64,000 nucleotides of DNA, from the NCBI GenBank assembly GCA_965248445.1, contig CBDFJG010000003.1:1056001-1120000 (forward strand), written 5' to 3'. This stretch comes from Planctomycetota bacterium (GTDB lineage Bacteria > Planctomycetota > JAJSAM01 > JAJVHW01). This document shows positions 1 through 10,615 of the stretch, in pieces. The position numbers and the translations under genes were made by a program. Each line of letters begins with the position of its first letter. The stretch's first letter is position 1. The notes under the pieces are model-generated. The model was not told where the DNA came from, searched no databases, and saw nothing but the letters and a program-made list of their open reading frames with translations.

Positions 1-2
1 TC

Positions 3-500
3 TTGGCGGCCTCGCTGATCGACCTCGATCTGCGCATCCTTCCCGACAAGATCAACAAGCCGGGCATGGTGCTGGCGCCGGTCGTGGCGCTGTTCGTTCC
101 GCGATTCGTCCTCGGCATTGGCGAGTCGCTGCCGGGGTGGTTGCCGGACGGCATCTCGTTACGCGTCGGCGCAGCGTTGTTCTCCGTGGCCGGGATCGCC
201 GCGGGCGCCGGTGTGATCTGGCTGCTCGGCAAGGCCGGCAGCGCGGTGTTCCGCAAGGAGGCGATGGGCTTCGGGGACGTGAAGTTCCTTGGGCTCATCG
301 GCGGTGTCGTCGGACCGCTTGGCGCGGTGTTGACGCTCGTTCTCGCGTCGTTCCTCGGAGCAGTGCTCGGCTTGATCCGCAAGCTGGTCACCGGCGACAG
401 CTACATCCCGTTCGGTCCGTTCCTCGCTGCAGGCGCGTACGTCGTCTTGCTGCACCGCGCCGACATCGTCGACGCGTGGGTCGCGTTCGCGACCCGGTAG
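3..500 (+). CDS. pilD: Prepilin peptidase (A24 family), C-terminal part; 5' end lies outside the window
   Basis: Motifs DLDLRILPD, MGFGDVK and IPFGPFLAAG; multiple hydrophobic helices. Confidence 0.9.
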   Translation: MAASLIDLDLRILPDKINKPGMVLAPVVALFVPRFVLGIGESLPGWLPDGISLRVGAALFSVAGIAAGAGVIWLLGKAGSAVFRKEAMGFGDVKFLGLIGGVVGPLGAVLTLVLASFLGAVLGLIRKLVTGDSYIPFGPFLAAGAYVVLLHRADIVDAWVAFATR

Positions 501-641
501 TTGCCGCGACACCGGCGACCACGCGAAACGACCGACTGCGCCGCGCGATTCGCCCGTTCCGTCCGTCAGCTTCTTCGTACACCGACACCACCATCCGTTG
601 TGACCCTTTGACCGGGCAGCACAAGAAATAGTGTTTCCACC

Positions 642-670
642 TTGACGGTCACCGGACGCTGCCTAATACT
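642..670 (+). promoter_or_regulatory. Putative sigma70 promoter upstream of the OmpA/MotB gene
   Basis: TTGACG (642-647), 17-nt spacer, AATACT (665-670) in an intergenic region. Confidence 0.4.
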
Positions 671-990
671 GGGGCCCGCAACGTGGGCAACTTCGGCCCA
701 GGTGCGACCGGGAACGCATGGCGACGACTGGCTGGTGGATGCCGGCGAGAGTCAACCCAGCGCCCCCCGGTTCGGCGAGCCGTAGAGACGACGCCGAAGC
801 ACCTGCAGGGACGCGCTCACCGAGCAGGAATGCGTGCGTGCAACGGATGGGGCAGCGGGCGGAGAGATCCGCCCCTGTGCGAAGAGTCGCTGGGACAGAA
901 GTCTGAGTAAGCGCTCACAGTTCTCACTGTCAGGGAGGCGGTACTCACCGTCTCCGGGGCTGCGGGGCGCGTGCCGTCGGGAGGCCGAGA

Positions 991-1857
991 ATGCTGCGTC
1001 GAGGTTTGCTTTGTTTGAGTTTGCTCGCAGGTGTTGCGCTGAGCGCGTGTGCGACCACGTACACCACTGACGAGTACGACGACGTTCACGACATGCTGCT
1101 CGCCGCCACGCAGGAGCGCGACGAGTCTCTGATGCGCGAGGAGGGGCTGCGCAACCAGGTGTCGCAGGTGAACGCGCAGTACCAGCGCCTGTTGGCGGAG
1201 GGGCAGGCCAATCCGGCCGAGCTCGCGCGTTTGCAGCAGGAGGCCGCGAACGCGCAGTCGAAGCTCGCAGCCGCCGAGCAGGCCCGGCACGAGGCCGCAG
1301 CATCTGCCCGCAGCTACGCGGCCGAGGTCGAGCGACTCCGCCAGGAGGCGATTCGCACGCCCACGATCCCGGACAACACGGCCGAAATGGCGCGCTTGAA
1401 CGCAGAGGTCGTGCGCCTGAGAGCGATGGGCAAGATCGTCTCGCTCACGCCCGACGGCAACATCGAGATCGTCCTGCCGAGCGACGTCACGTTCTCCTCG
1501 GGGGAGGCGACTCTGACCAAGCGCGGTCAGCAGAGTCTGCGGACGCTGTCCACCACGCTCAACGGTGAGTACGCGCCGTTCTCGCTGCGCGTCGAGGGCC
1601 ACACGGACAGCCAGCCGCTCAAGCGCACGAGGCCCATCTGGGGCGACAACCGCGGTCTCGGGAGTGCCCGCGCACTCTCTGTGGTGCGCTTCATGGAGAG
1701 CGACATGCGGATCGAGCTCGGCCGCCTGGCCAGCTCATCGCACGGCATGCACCAGCCGCTCGCCGACAACAAGTCGAAGGCGGACCGTGCCAAGAACCGA
1801 CGCGTGAGCGTGATCGTGGTCATCCCGAAGGACCAGGCGCTCACCATGGCGAAGTAG
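991..1857 (+). CDS. OmpA/MotB-family peptidoglycan-binding lipoprotein with coiled coil
   Basis: Lipobox-like ALSAC; C-terminal FSSGEATL, VEGHTD, LGSARALSV and KNRRV motifs. Confidence 0.85.
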   Translation: MLRRGLLCLSLLAGVALSACATTYTTDEYDDVHDMLLAATQERDESLMREEGLRNQVSQVNAQYQRLLAEGQANPAELARLQQEAANAQSKLAAAEQARHEAAASARSYAAEVERLRQEAIRTPTIPDNTAEMARLNAEVVRLRAMGKIVSLTPDGNIEIVLPSDVTFSSGEATLTKRGQQSLRTLSTTLNGEYAPFSLRVEGHTDSQPLKRTRPIWGDNRGLGSARALSVVRFMESDMRIELGRLASSSHGMHQPLADNKSKADRAKNRRVSVIVVIPKDQALTMAK

Positions 1858-2298
1858 ACCGAACCGCACCACACCCGGCCTTGCCGGGGGGCTCGGTCCG
1901 TCTGGACGGGACCCCCGGGAACCGAACACAGGAACAACAGCCAGGGAGAACGACAGGTCCGATAGGGGGTGGAGAGAAATCTCCACATAGCTGCGTGTGC
2001 AGCGACCGGGGTTTGCGCCCCGGAATACAAGATTGACGAAGGGGGCGACTGCCTCCAAGCGGACCAGTCCCTCCGGCGAGGCCGGTGAAACAGAGAGCGA
2101 GCCCGACTCCCGATGGGGGCCGGGCTCGCTCGATTCCGGGGTGACCGAGAGCAGCAGCCGAAGCGCGGGGCCGGTCGCTCCGGGCTCACGCGAATCGCCG
2201 TGATGACGACCGCCGGGGGCGCATAAGATGTGCGGCCCGCTGGGCCGGAGGGTGTCACGCATGCCCACCCGGCCGGCAACCAGCCTCCGGGAGGACTC

Positions 2299-4338
2299 AT
2301 GGCAGACCGCTCCGCCTCGATTCGCAATCTCGCTCTCGTCGGGCACGGAGACGCCGGCAAGACGACGTTCGCCGAGCACGCCCTGCTGGCGGGCAAGGCG
2401 ATCAAGCGCGCCGGGTCGGTCCCCGACGGCTCGACGGTCTGCGACTGGGATGTCGACGAGAGGGAGCGGTGTCACTCGATCGACGCCACCCCGTGCCGCG
2501 TCGCGTGGCAGGGCACCACGGTGAACATCGTGGACTGTCCGGGGTACCCGGACTTCAGTGGTGGCGCGATCGTCGGCTTGTGGGCCATGGACACCGCCGT
2601 GCTGTTCGTGAACGCGGCGGGCGGGATGGGCGTCAACACCCGCCGGATGTGGCACGCGGCGGAGCGCCTCGGAAAGGCCCGCATGGTCGTCATCTCCCGT
2701 TGTGACGCCGACACGGCTGATCCTGAGGTGGTCTTGGCTGCGGTCCAGAAGGTGCTTGGCGCGAAGTGCCTGCCCGTGAACCTCCCGGACGGCAGGGCGG
2801 GGTCGTTCAAGAGCGTCGTCTCGTGCTTCGGCAGCACCGCCGAAGGCTCCCCGCTCTTCGGCGATGTGCAGATGGCGCACTCAGAGCTGGTCGAGGCGAT
2901 CGTGGAGACCGATGACGATCTCCTGGAGCGCTTTCTCGAGGGCGAAGAGCTCACGGATGCCGAACTCGCGGAGGGGCTCAAGGGAGCCATTATGGGCAGG
3001 CTGATCGTGCCTGTGCTCTTCACCGCAGCGGCCCAGAACGTCGGGGTCACCGAGTTCCTCGACTTCGTCGCCGCATACGCGCCGAGCGCTGCAACTCCCG
3101 TGGGAGCGAAGGCACTGACGCGGCGCAGTGCCGACGCCACGGTCATCGGAACCAGCGACGGACCGTTCCTCGCCAGCGTGTTCAAGATCACGTCCGACGT
3201 GCATGTGGGGAAGCAGTGCTTCCTGCGTGTGTGGCGGGGCTCCCTCCCGGCTAGCGGCGTCGTTTGGAACTCTGCCGGCGGCGGAGCGGTCAAGATCGCC
3301 CATCCCACACGGCCGCAGGGCAAGGACTTCGAGCCCGTGTCGAGCGTCGGTCCGGGCGATGTGTTCTGCATTGCGAAGATCGACGAGCTGAAGTTGTGCG
3401 CGAGCGTGGCGGACGAGTCCACCAAGGCGACCGTAGTATCTCCGCCATTCCGCAAGTCGATGGTCGCGGTCGCGGTCACCGCGAGGACTCGAGGCGAGGA
3501 TCACAAGATCTCGGCCGCGCTCGATCGCATCGCCGAGGAGGACCCGTCGTTCTCCGCTGAACGCAGTCACGAGACCAACGAACTCGTGATCGCAGGGCGA
3601 TCGAGCCTGCACCTCGACATCGTCCTGAAGCGCGTGAAGCGCCGCTTCAAGCTCGAGATGGACACCCACGTCCCGCGCGTGCCGCTCAAGGAGACCGTGA
3701 CGGCGAAGTCGCCGGGACACCATCGCCACAAGAAGCAGACCGGCGGGCGCGGTCAGTTCGGCGAGGTGTACTTGCGGATCGCGCCGCAGGAGCGCGGCGC
3801 CGGATTCGAGTTCGCGGACAAGACCGTCGGTGGGTCGGTGCCGAAGAACTTCATGCCCGCGATCGAGAAGGGCATCCGCGAGATCATGCAGAAGGGTGTC
3901 ATGGCCGGCTACCGCGTCGTGGACGTCCGCGTCGAGGTCTACGACGGCAAGCACCACCCTGTCGACTCGTCCGAGGCGGCGTTCAAGGTGGCGGGGGCCA
4001 GGGCGTTCCGCAACGCGTTCGACAAGGCCCGCCCGGTCCTGCTCGAGCCGATCATGGACGTGGAGATCGACGTCCCGTCGCGCTACCTCGGCGACATCAC
4101 CGGCGACCTCAATACGCGCCGGGGCCGCATCTCCGGCATGGACTCGCACGACGACCATCAGGTCATCAAGGCGAAGGTGCCGTTGTCCGAGGTCCAGACG
4201 TACTCGACCGACCTGCGTTCGATGACCTCCGGTGAGGGCTCGTACAACCTCGAGCCGAGCCATCTCGATGTGGTGCCGCAGCACATCGCGTCGAAGCTGA
4301 TGGCCACGTACGCAAAGCTGGCGAAGGGCGAGGAGTAG
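2299..4338 (+). CDS. fusA: Elongation factor G-like protein (EF-G2 type)
   Basis: GHGDAGKTT, DCPGY, HKKQTGGRGQFGEV and GDLNTRRGRI; GGAGG RBS before ATG 2299. Confidence 0.9.
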   Translation: MADRSASIRNLALVGHGDAGKTTFAEHALLAGKAIKRAGSVPDGSTVCDWDVDERERCHSIDATPCRVAWQGTTVNIVDCPGYPDFSGGAIVGLWAMDTAVLFVNAAGGMGVNTRRMWHAAERLGKARMVVISRCDADTADPEVVLAAVQKVLGAKCLPVNLPDGRAGSFKSVVSCFGSTAEGSPLFGDVQMAHSELVEAIVETDDDLLERFLEGEELTDAELAEGLKGAIMGRLIVPVLFTAAAQNVGVTEFLDFVAAYAPSAATPVGAKALTRRSADATVIGTSDGPFLASVFKITSDVHVGKQCFLRVWRGSLPASGVVWNSAGGGAVKIAHPTRPQGKDFEPVSSVGPGDVFCIAKIDELKLCASVADESTKATVVSPPFRKSMVAVAVTARTRGEDHKISAALDRIAEEDPSFSAERSHETNELVIAGRSSLHLDIVLKRVKRRFKLEMDTHVPRVPLKETVTAKSPGHHRHKKQTGGRGQFGEVYLRIAPQERGAGFEFADKTVGGSVPKNFMPAIEKGIREIMQKGVMAGYRVVDVRVEVYDGKHHPVDSSEAAFKVAGARAFRNAFDKARPVLLEPIMDVEIDVPSRYLGDITGDLNTRRGRISGMDSHDDHQVIKAKVPLSEVQTYSTDLRSMTSGEGSYNLEPSHLDVVPQHIASKLMATYAKLAKGEE

Positions 4339-4439
4339 GGACCTGCGTCCCTAGTCGACCCTCTGCGCAGCGGACGCAAGAAGGTAGGGGCGGGGTTCCA
4401 ACCCCGCCGCCACAGGCCATCGCATGACACGGAGAACCA

Positions 4440-4473
4440 ACACGGCCCGCCGTCTCGCGACGGCGGGCCGTGT
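4440..4473. terminator. Hairpin between convergent genes (probable bidirectional terminator)
   Basis: Perfect 15-bp stem ACACGGCCCGCCGTC-tcgc-GACGGCGGGCCGTGT. Confidence 0.7.
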
Positions 4474-4518
4474 CTTGCTCAGGAAGCTGCGCTCAGGGAG
4501 CCGCGCTCGAGGGCCGGG

Positions 4519-5049
4519 TCAGTACCCGGTCTCTTCCTTGTGCTCGTTCCAGTACTCGTTCCAGTCGCCCTCCGGGCACGGTTCGCTGCAGCACGAGGTC
4601 GCGCCCCACAGCCAGTGGCCGAGGAAGCGGGGAAGAGCCAGGAGATCGCTGCTCGGCGCGTTGGGCGGTACGAACGGCGGCTTGGCCTGGAAGTCGTAGT
4701 GCGCGGCCTGGGCGTTGCTGTGCTCCGCGTGCCTGTCGTGACGCTTGTGGTGAACCTTCATCTCGGCGCACTTCCATGCGTCGATCGGGTTCAGGATCAG
4801 CGTGTCGCACAGGATGGAGAGCGGCAGCATCGCGATGGCCAGCGGCTGGACCGTGACCCAGTCCACGACCGTCTCTGCGAGTGGGTTCCACTCCTCGCAG
4901 TTCTCCGGAGCGCGGCAGATAGCGACTGCGTGCTCCTTGATGATATCGAAGTTCCAGTCGGTCATCTGCCGCCGCTGCGGGTGGAAAACCGTGCAACTCG
5001 GCAGCACCATGGACGCCAATACGGCGACCGCCAGAACAGTCCTCTTCAT
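4519..5049 (-). CDS. Hypothetical lipoprotein, Cys-rich
   Basis: MKRTVLAVAVLASMVLPSC signal/lipobox; GGAG RBS upstream. Confidence 0.7.
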   Translation of the reverse strand: MKRTVLAVAVLASMVLPSCTVFHPQRRQMTDWNFDIIKEHAVAICRAPENCEEWNPLAETVVDWVTVQPLAIAMLPLSILCDTLILNPIDAWKCAEMKVHHKRHDRHAEHSNAQAAHYDFQAKPPFVPPNAPSSDLLALPRFLGHWLWGATSCCSEPCPEGDWNEYWNEHKEETGY

Positions 5050-5303
5050 CACCGGACTCCTTCCCTGAGCGATGGCTGGGGACGTCTCATGCCGCCCACC
5101 TCGCGATGCACTCTGCCCTTTGTGTGGCGCAGGATAGATAGGGGCCCGGACTCTATCCAGCACATTCCGGCAGGTCCCGCGGGCTCGCTCGCAGCCTCGA
5201 ATCCCAGGTAGCCGGGGCGTCCGGACGGGCGGCGACCGGCGCCGGTGCCCCCGGCCGGGGCACGAGGGGGGGCGTTCCCCGGCTCGCCACCGCGGCGCGA
5301 CGC

Positions 5304-5332
5304 TCAACTCCGGCCCCGTTCCCTCTCGATAG
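5304..5332 (+). promoter_or_regulatory. Sigma28/FliA-like promoter motif upstream of pilT
   Basis: TCAAC-N16-CTCGATAG; same spacing as four other copies in the window. Confidence 0.55.
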
Positions 5333-5380
5333 GGAGCGGCGGGACCGTGTTCACGGCCCGTGGTCCGGAGAACGAGCGCC

Positions 5381-6445
5381 ATGACTTCGATCGAGGAACT
5401 GCTGACCACCATGGTCCAGCGAGGGGGAAGCGACCTCCACCTCAGTGCAGGCTCGCCGCCGCGCATCCGCGTGGACGGAGCGCTCGTCAACACCGAGCAC
5501 CCCGTGCTCCCCCCTGAGATGACTCAGGCGCTGATCTACTCGTTTCTCTCGAACGCGCAGGTCGCCGAGTTCGAGCAGAAGTGGGAGATCGACCTCTCGT
5601 TCGGCATCGACCGGCTGGGCCGCTTCCGCGTGAACGTGTTCCTGCAGCGGGGGACGGTCGCTGCGGTGCTGCGCGTGATCCCGTACGAGATCCGCACGTT
5701 CACCGACCTCGGCCTGCCCGTGCAGGTGTGCGAGAGCCTCTGCTCGCTGCCCAAGGGCCTGATCCTCGTGACGGGGGCCACCGGCTCGGGCAAGTCCACG
5801 ACGCTCGCGTCGATGATCGACTACGTCAACACGGAGCGGCAGGGGCACATCGTCACGATCGAGGACCCGATCGAGTTCCTGCACCGCAACAAGAACTGCC
5901 TTTGCAACCAGCGCGAAGTCAACTCGGACACACAGGGCTTCGGCGCCGCGCTGCGCAGTGTTCTGCGACAGGACCCCGACGTGGTGATGCTGGGCGAACT
6001 CCGGGACCGCGAGACGGTCGAGGCTGCGCTCACGGTCGCCGAGACGGGCCACCTGACCTTCGCGACGCTGCACACGTCGGACGCGATAACGACCGTCAAC
6101 CGCATCGTCGACATCTTCCCGAGCCATCAGCAGGCGCAGATCCGCACGCAGCTCTCGTTCGTGTTGCAGGGCGTCTTCTGCCAGCAACTGCTCCAGCGCG
6201 CGACCGGTCGGGGCCGCGTACTGGCATCGGAGGTCCTGCTCGCGACCCCCGCCGTCCGCGCGCTGATCCGCGAGGACAAGGTCCACCAGATCTACAGCAT
6301 CGTTCAGACCGGCGGAAAGCTCGGCATGAAGACGATGAACCAGAGCCTTTACGAACTGCAACGGGCGGGCCTGGTGACGTTCGAAGAAGCGCTGCACAAC
6401 ACCACTGACCCCGAGGACCTGAAGCGGCTCTTCCACCGCATGTAG
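5381..6445 (+). CDS. pilT: Type IV pilus retraction ATPase
   Basis: GSDLHL, GATGSGKSTT, TIEDPIE, LRQDPD, TGHLTFATLHT and ALIRE motifs. Confidence 0.95.
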   Translation: MTSIEELLTTMVQRGGSDLHLSAGSPPRIRVDGALVNTEHPVLPPEMTQALIYSFLSNAQVAEFEQKWEIDLSFGIDRLGRFRVNVFLQRGTVAAVLRVIPYEIRTFTDLGLPVQVCESLCSLPKGLILVTGATGSGKSTTLASMIDYVNTERQGHIVTIEDPIEFLHRNKNCLCNQREVNSDTQGFGAALRSVLRQDPDVVMLGELRDRETVEAALTVAETGHLTFATLHTSDAITTVNRIVDIFPSHQQAQIRTQLSFVLQGVFCQQLLQRATGRGRVLASEVLLATPAVRALIREDKVHQIYSIVQTGGKLGMKTMNQSLYELQRAGLVTFEEALHNTTDPEDLKRLFHRM

Positions 6446-6452
6446 AAGCCCC

Positions 6453-8168
6453 ATGATCACATTCAACAAGCGTGTCTCCCGCATCCTCGAACGCTCTGGC
6501 CAGATCGAAGCCGGGGCGCTCGCCGAGGCCGTGGAATCTGCGGACAGCGCGAACCGCCCGCTCGCGAGCGTGCTCGTCGAGACGCAGGTCATCGACGAGA
6601 GCGTACTGCTCGGCATCCTGGGTGAGCAGACGCGCGTGCCGCCGATCAACCTGGCACACGTCTCGCCCGACAAGCCTGTGCTCGACTCGGTGCCCGAGGA
6701 ACTCGCGTTCGAGAAGAGCGTGTTCCCGGTCGCGCGGACGGGCAACGTGCTGACGATCGCCGTCACGAACCCGTATGACGTCGTGAAGCTCGACGACGTG
6801 CGCATCGTCACCGGATGCGAGTTGCGCATCGTGCTGACGCTCGAAGGGCACCTGAAGAAGGCGCTCGACCGTGCCTACAACGCCGGTCAGAAGGAAGTCG
6901 ATCAGATCCTCGGCGCCATTGACGGCGACCTCGACATCCAGCAGACGGAGCAGGACGACCTCGAGTCTCTGGATCTCGACACCCTCTCGGACCACGAGGC
7001 GTCGCCGGTCATCAAGTTCGTGAACATGATGATCTATCAGGCAGCGAAGGAGGGTGCGTCCGACATCCACATCGAGCCGTTCGAGAAGCGCGTGGTGGTG
7101 CGCTTCCGCAAGGACGGCGTCATGCGCGTCGTGTTCACCCCGCCGCGCAGCATGATCAACGCGATGACGTCGCGCATCAAAGTGCTCTCGTCGATGGACA
7201 TCGCAGAGCGTCGCAAGCCGCAGGACGGCAAGTTCCAGATGCGCATCGACGGCCGCCAGGTCGACTTCCGTGTGAGCATCCTGCCGATGGTGCACGGCGA
7301 GAAGACCGTCATGCGTCTTCTCGACGCGTCGAACCTGCAGCTCAACCTCGAGTCCCTCGGCTTCGAGGAGGCCGCTCTCGAGGACTTCCGGCACGCGATC
7401 GCGCAGCCGTACGGGATGATCCTCGTCACCGGCCCGACCGGATCGGGCAAGTCGACGACGCTCTACTCCGCCGTGCGCGAGATGCTCTCGCCCGAGGAGA
7501 ACTTCGTGACCGTCGAGGACCCCGTCGAGTACCAGCTCGACGGCGTCAACCAGGTCCAGGTGCAGACCAAGCGCGGACTCACGTTCGCCACCGCGCTCCG
7601 CGCGATCCTGCGTCAGGACCCGGACAAGATCCTGCTCGGCGAGATTCGAGACAAGGAGACGATCGAGATCGCGGTCAAGGCCGCGCTGACCGGCCACCTC
7701 GTCCTCTCCACGCTCCACACGAACGACGCGCCCTCGACCGTGACACGCATGGTCGACATGGGCGTCGATCCGTTCATGGTGGCGTCGTCCACGTTGCTGG
7801 TCTCGGCGCAGCGACTGTGCCGCCGGCTGTGCACGCAGTGCCGCGATCCGCTGGATCGTCCGCCAATCGAACGCCTGCAGGAGCTCGGCATGAAGGACGA
7901 GGACATCACGGACGAGCTGCAGTTCTATATGGCACGCGGGTGCCCGCGGTGCTCGAACGGCTATTCGGGCCGCTTCGCCGTGCTCGAGACGCTGCCCATG
8001 ACCGAAGAGGTCAGGCGCATCATCATCAACGGCGGCTCGGCCGAGGCGATCAAGCAGAAGGCTGTCGAGAACAACATGATCACGCTCCGTCGTTGCGCGC
8101 TACGCGCTGCGGCGAAAGGCAAGACTTCCGTCGAGGAAGTGCTGCGCGTGACGCTCCAGGACGCGTAA
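6453..8168 (+). CDS. pilB: Type IV pilus extension ATPase (PilB/GspE family)
   Basis: ASDIHIEP, GPTGSGKSTT, TVEDPVE, LSTLHTND and two CxxC zinc motifs. Confidence 0.93.
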   Translation: MITFNKRVSRILERSGQIEAGALAEAVESADSANRPLASVLVETQVIDESVLLGILGEQTRVPPINLAHVSPDKPVLDSVPEELAFEKSVFPVARTGNVLTIAVTNPYDVVKLDDVRIVTGCELRIVLTLEGHLKKALDRAYNAGQKEVDQILGAIDGDLDIQQTEQDDLESLDLDTLSDHEASPVIKFVNMMIYQAAKEGASDIHIEPFEKRVVVRFRKDGVMRVVFTPPRSMINAMTSRIKVLSSMDIAERRKPQDGKFQMRIDGRQVDFRVSILPMVHGEKTVMRLLDASNLQLNLESLGFEEAALEDFRHAIAQPYGMILVTGPTGSGKSTTLYSAVREMLSPEENFVTVEDPVEYQLDGVNQVQVQTKRGLTFATALRAILRQDPDKILLGEIRDKETIEIAVKAALTGHLVLSTLHTNDAPSTVTRMVDMGVDPFMVASSTLLVSAQRLCRRLCTQCRDPLDRPPIERLQELGMKDEDITDELQFYMARGCPRCSNGYSGRFAVLETLPMTEEVRRIIINGGSAEAIKQKAVENNMITLRRCALRAAAKGKTSVEEVLRVTLQDA

Positions 8169-8205
8169 CGGGCGGGACATTCACACGCCGCAGGGGTAAT
8201 CAGCG

Positions 8206-9447
8206 ATGGCGAACTTCAAGTACAAGGCCAAGGACTTCGGGGGCAAGAAGGTCACCGGAACGGTCCAGGGTTCGAACCAGGCCTCCGCGATCGCGGAACT
8301 GCGTCGCAAGAACCTGATCGTCGTGTCCATGAAGGCGGCGTCCTCGGGCGGGGGAGGCGGCGGACTGAAGGCCGCGCTCACCGACAGCAACCCGAATCGG
8401 TACAAGCCCCGCGGGGACGAGCTCGTCGTGTTCACGCGGCAGCTCTCGACCATGGTGTCGGCCGGTATCCCGCTGCTCGAGTCCCTCGAGATCCTGCAGG
8501 AGCAGGCCGAGAACGCCGGATTTGCCGCCGTGCTCGACAACGTGGTCGAGTCGATCCGCTCCGGCGGCGACCTCTCGGCTTCGATGGAGAAGTACCCCAG
8601 ATCGTTCCACGACATCTACATCTCGATGGTGCGCGCGGGTGAGGTCTCGGGTCAGCTCGACACGATCCTCAATCGCCTCGCGGAGTACATGGAAGAGGCC
8701 GAGGGCCTCAAGCGCGAGATCAAGGCGGCGATGACCTACCCGGTCGTGTCGTTGGTGCTCGTCATCGGCATCACCATGTTCCTCATGCTCGGCATCGTGC
8801 CCAAGTTCCGGGAGGTCTTCGACTCGATGGAGATCGACCTGCCGGGACTGACCGCCGTGATCCTCGACATCGCCGACTGGATGACGAGCAACGTCCTCGC
8901 GATGGCAGGGATCACGGTGGGTCTCTTCATCGCCATGAAGATCTACAAGAAGAGCGACAGGGGCGCGCGCCAGCTCGACTGGCTCAAGCTGCACGTGCCG
9001 GTCTTCGGCCCGCTGTTCCGCAAGGTCGCGCTCAGCCGCTTCAGCAAGACGTTCGCGACGCTGTGCCAGTCCGGCGTCCCCATCCTCGGCGCGCTCGAGA
9101 TCGTGCGCGACACGGTCGGTAACCGGGTGCTCGCCGAGGCCATCGAGCACGCGCGCGAGAGCGTGCGGCAGGGCGAGACGCTCTCCGGGCCGCTCGGTCA
9201 GAGCCCCGAGTTCCCGCCGATGGTCGTGAAGATGATCGGCATCGGCGAACGGTCCGGCGCGCTCGAGACGCTGCTGGACAAGATCAGCATCTTCTATGAC
9301 GAGCAGGTCAAGGCGGCGGTCAAGAGCCTCACCAGCCTGATCGAGCCCGTCATGATCGCCATCATGGGCTTCCTTGTCGGCACGATCGTGCTGGCCGTCT
9401 TCCTGCCCATCTTCGAGCTCCAGAAGAAGCTGTCCCAGCGCTCGTAG
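8206..9447 (+). CDS. pilC: Type IV pilus inner-membrane platform protein (T2SS F family)
   Basis: FTRQLSTMVSAGIPL, AGEVSGQLD, AMTYP and GERSGALE motifs. Confidence 0.95.
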   Translation: MANFKYKAKDFGGKKVTGTVQGSNQASAIAELRRKNLIVVSMKAASSGGGGGGLKAALTDSNPNRYKPRGDELVVFTRQLSTMVSAGIPLLESLEILQEQAENAGFAAVLDNVVESIRSGGDLSASMEKYPRSFHDIYISMVRAGEVSGQLDTILNRLAEYMEEAEGLKREIKAAMTYPVVSLVLVIGITMFLMLGIVPKFREVFDSMEIDLPGLTAVILDIADWMTSNVLAMAGITVGLFIAMKIYKKSDRGARQLDWLKLHVPVFGPLFRKVALSRFSKTFATLCQSGVPILGALEIVRDTVGNRVLAEAIEHARESVRQGETLSGPLGQSPEFPPMVVKMIGIGERSGALETLLDKISIFYDEQVKAAVKSLTSLIEPVMIAIMGFLVGTIVLAVFLPIFELQKKLSQRS

Positions 9448-9659
9448 TCGACGCGGGTAGCCCACGTCACGGGGATCGCTTGAGCGATCCCCGCGCCGTC
9501 GGCTCCCGCTGCGGAAGCCGCCCTCACGGCTTGCGCCGCACTGCACGCGCTGCGCACTTGCGCGCGACGAGCGCCAAGCCCTCGCGAGGGGCCGAGGCGC
9601 ACGGTGCGTCGCGTCGGCCTCGCGCCGCGGTCGCCCCCGAAGTTCTCCCGGATCCGGTC

Positions 9660-9688
9660 TCAAGTGACCCGCGATGCGGTCCCGATAG
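9660..9688 (+). promoter_or_regulatory. Sigma28/FliA-like promoter motif upstream of the pilin
   Basis: TCAAG-N16-CCCGATAG. Confidence 0.6.
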
Positions 9689-9770
9689 GGGAGAGGTTCC
9701 GATGGGTCGCGCGGCTGGTGCCAGTCCGCTCTTCGGGCATAGAGAGAGACAGAGAAAGAGGCAAGACACC

Positions 9771-10475
<705 letters not shown>

Positions 10476-10517
10476 GACCGTTCCGCCCCGGCATGCCGGG
10501 GTTGACGACGCACATTC

Positions 10518-10554
10518 GACGCCCGGGCGGTTTGCCGCCCGGGCGTCTTCCTTT
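10518..10554 (+). terminator. Intrinsic terminator after the pilin
   Basis: 13-bp stem GACGCCCGGGCGG-tttg-CCGCCCGGGCGTC followed by TTCCTTT. Confidence 0.8.
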
Positions 10555-10556
10555 GG

Positions 10557-10585
10557 TCAAGGCCCTCTCGATCCAGGGTCGATGA
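10557..10585 (+). promoter_or_regulatory. Sigma28/FliA-like promoter motif upstream of GT2
   Basis: TCAAG-N16-GTCGATGA directly after the pilin terminator. Confidence 0.55.
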
Positions 10586-10615
10586 ACCAAGAGGAAGGGC
10601 AGGAGCGCATCCGTC

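Noticed and set aside
671..990. Riboswitch in the long leader of the OmpA/MotB gene
   Set aside because: Small hairpins are present, but I could not match c-di-GMP, glycine or other aptamer consensus by eye
5132..5158. GGATAGA-N13-TCTATCC inverted repeat between the lipoprotein gene and pilT
   Set aside because: Single occurrence with 7-bp arms; could be an operator but there is no supporting evidence
9450..9770. Sigma54 (-24/-12) promoter for the pilin
   Set aside because: No convincing TGGCAC-N5-TTGC found; the TCAAG/CCGAT motif fits better
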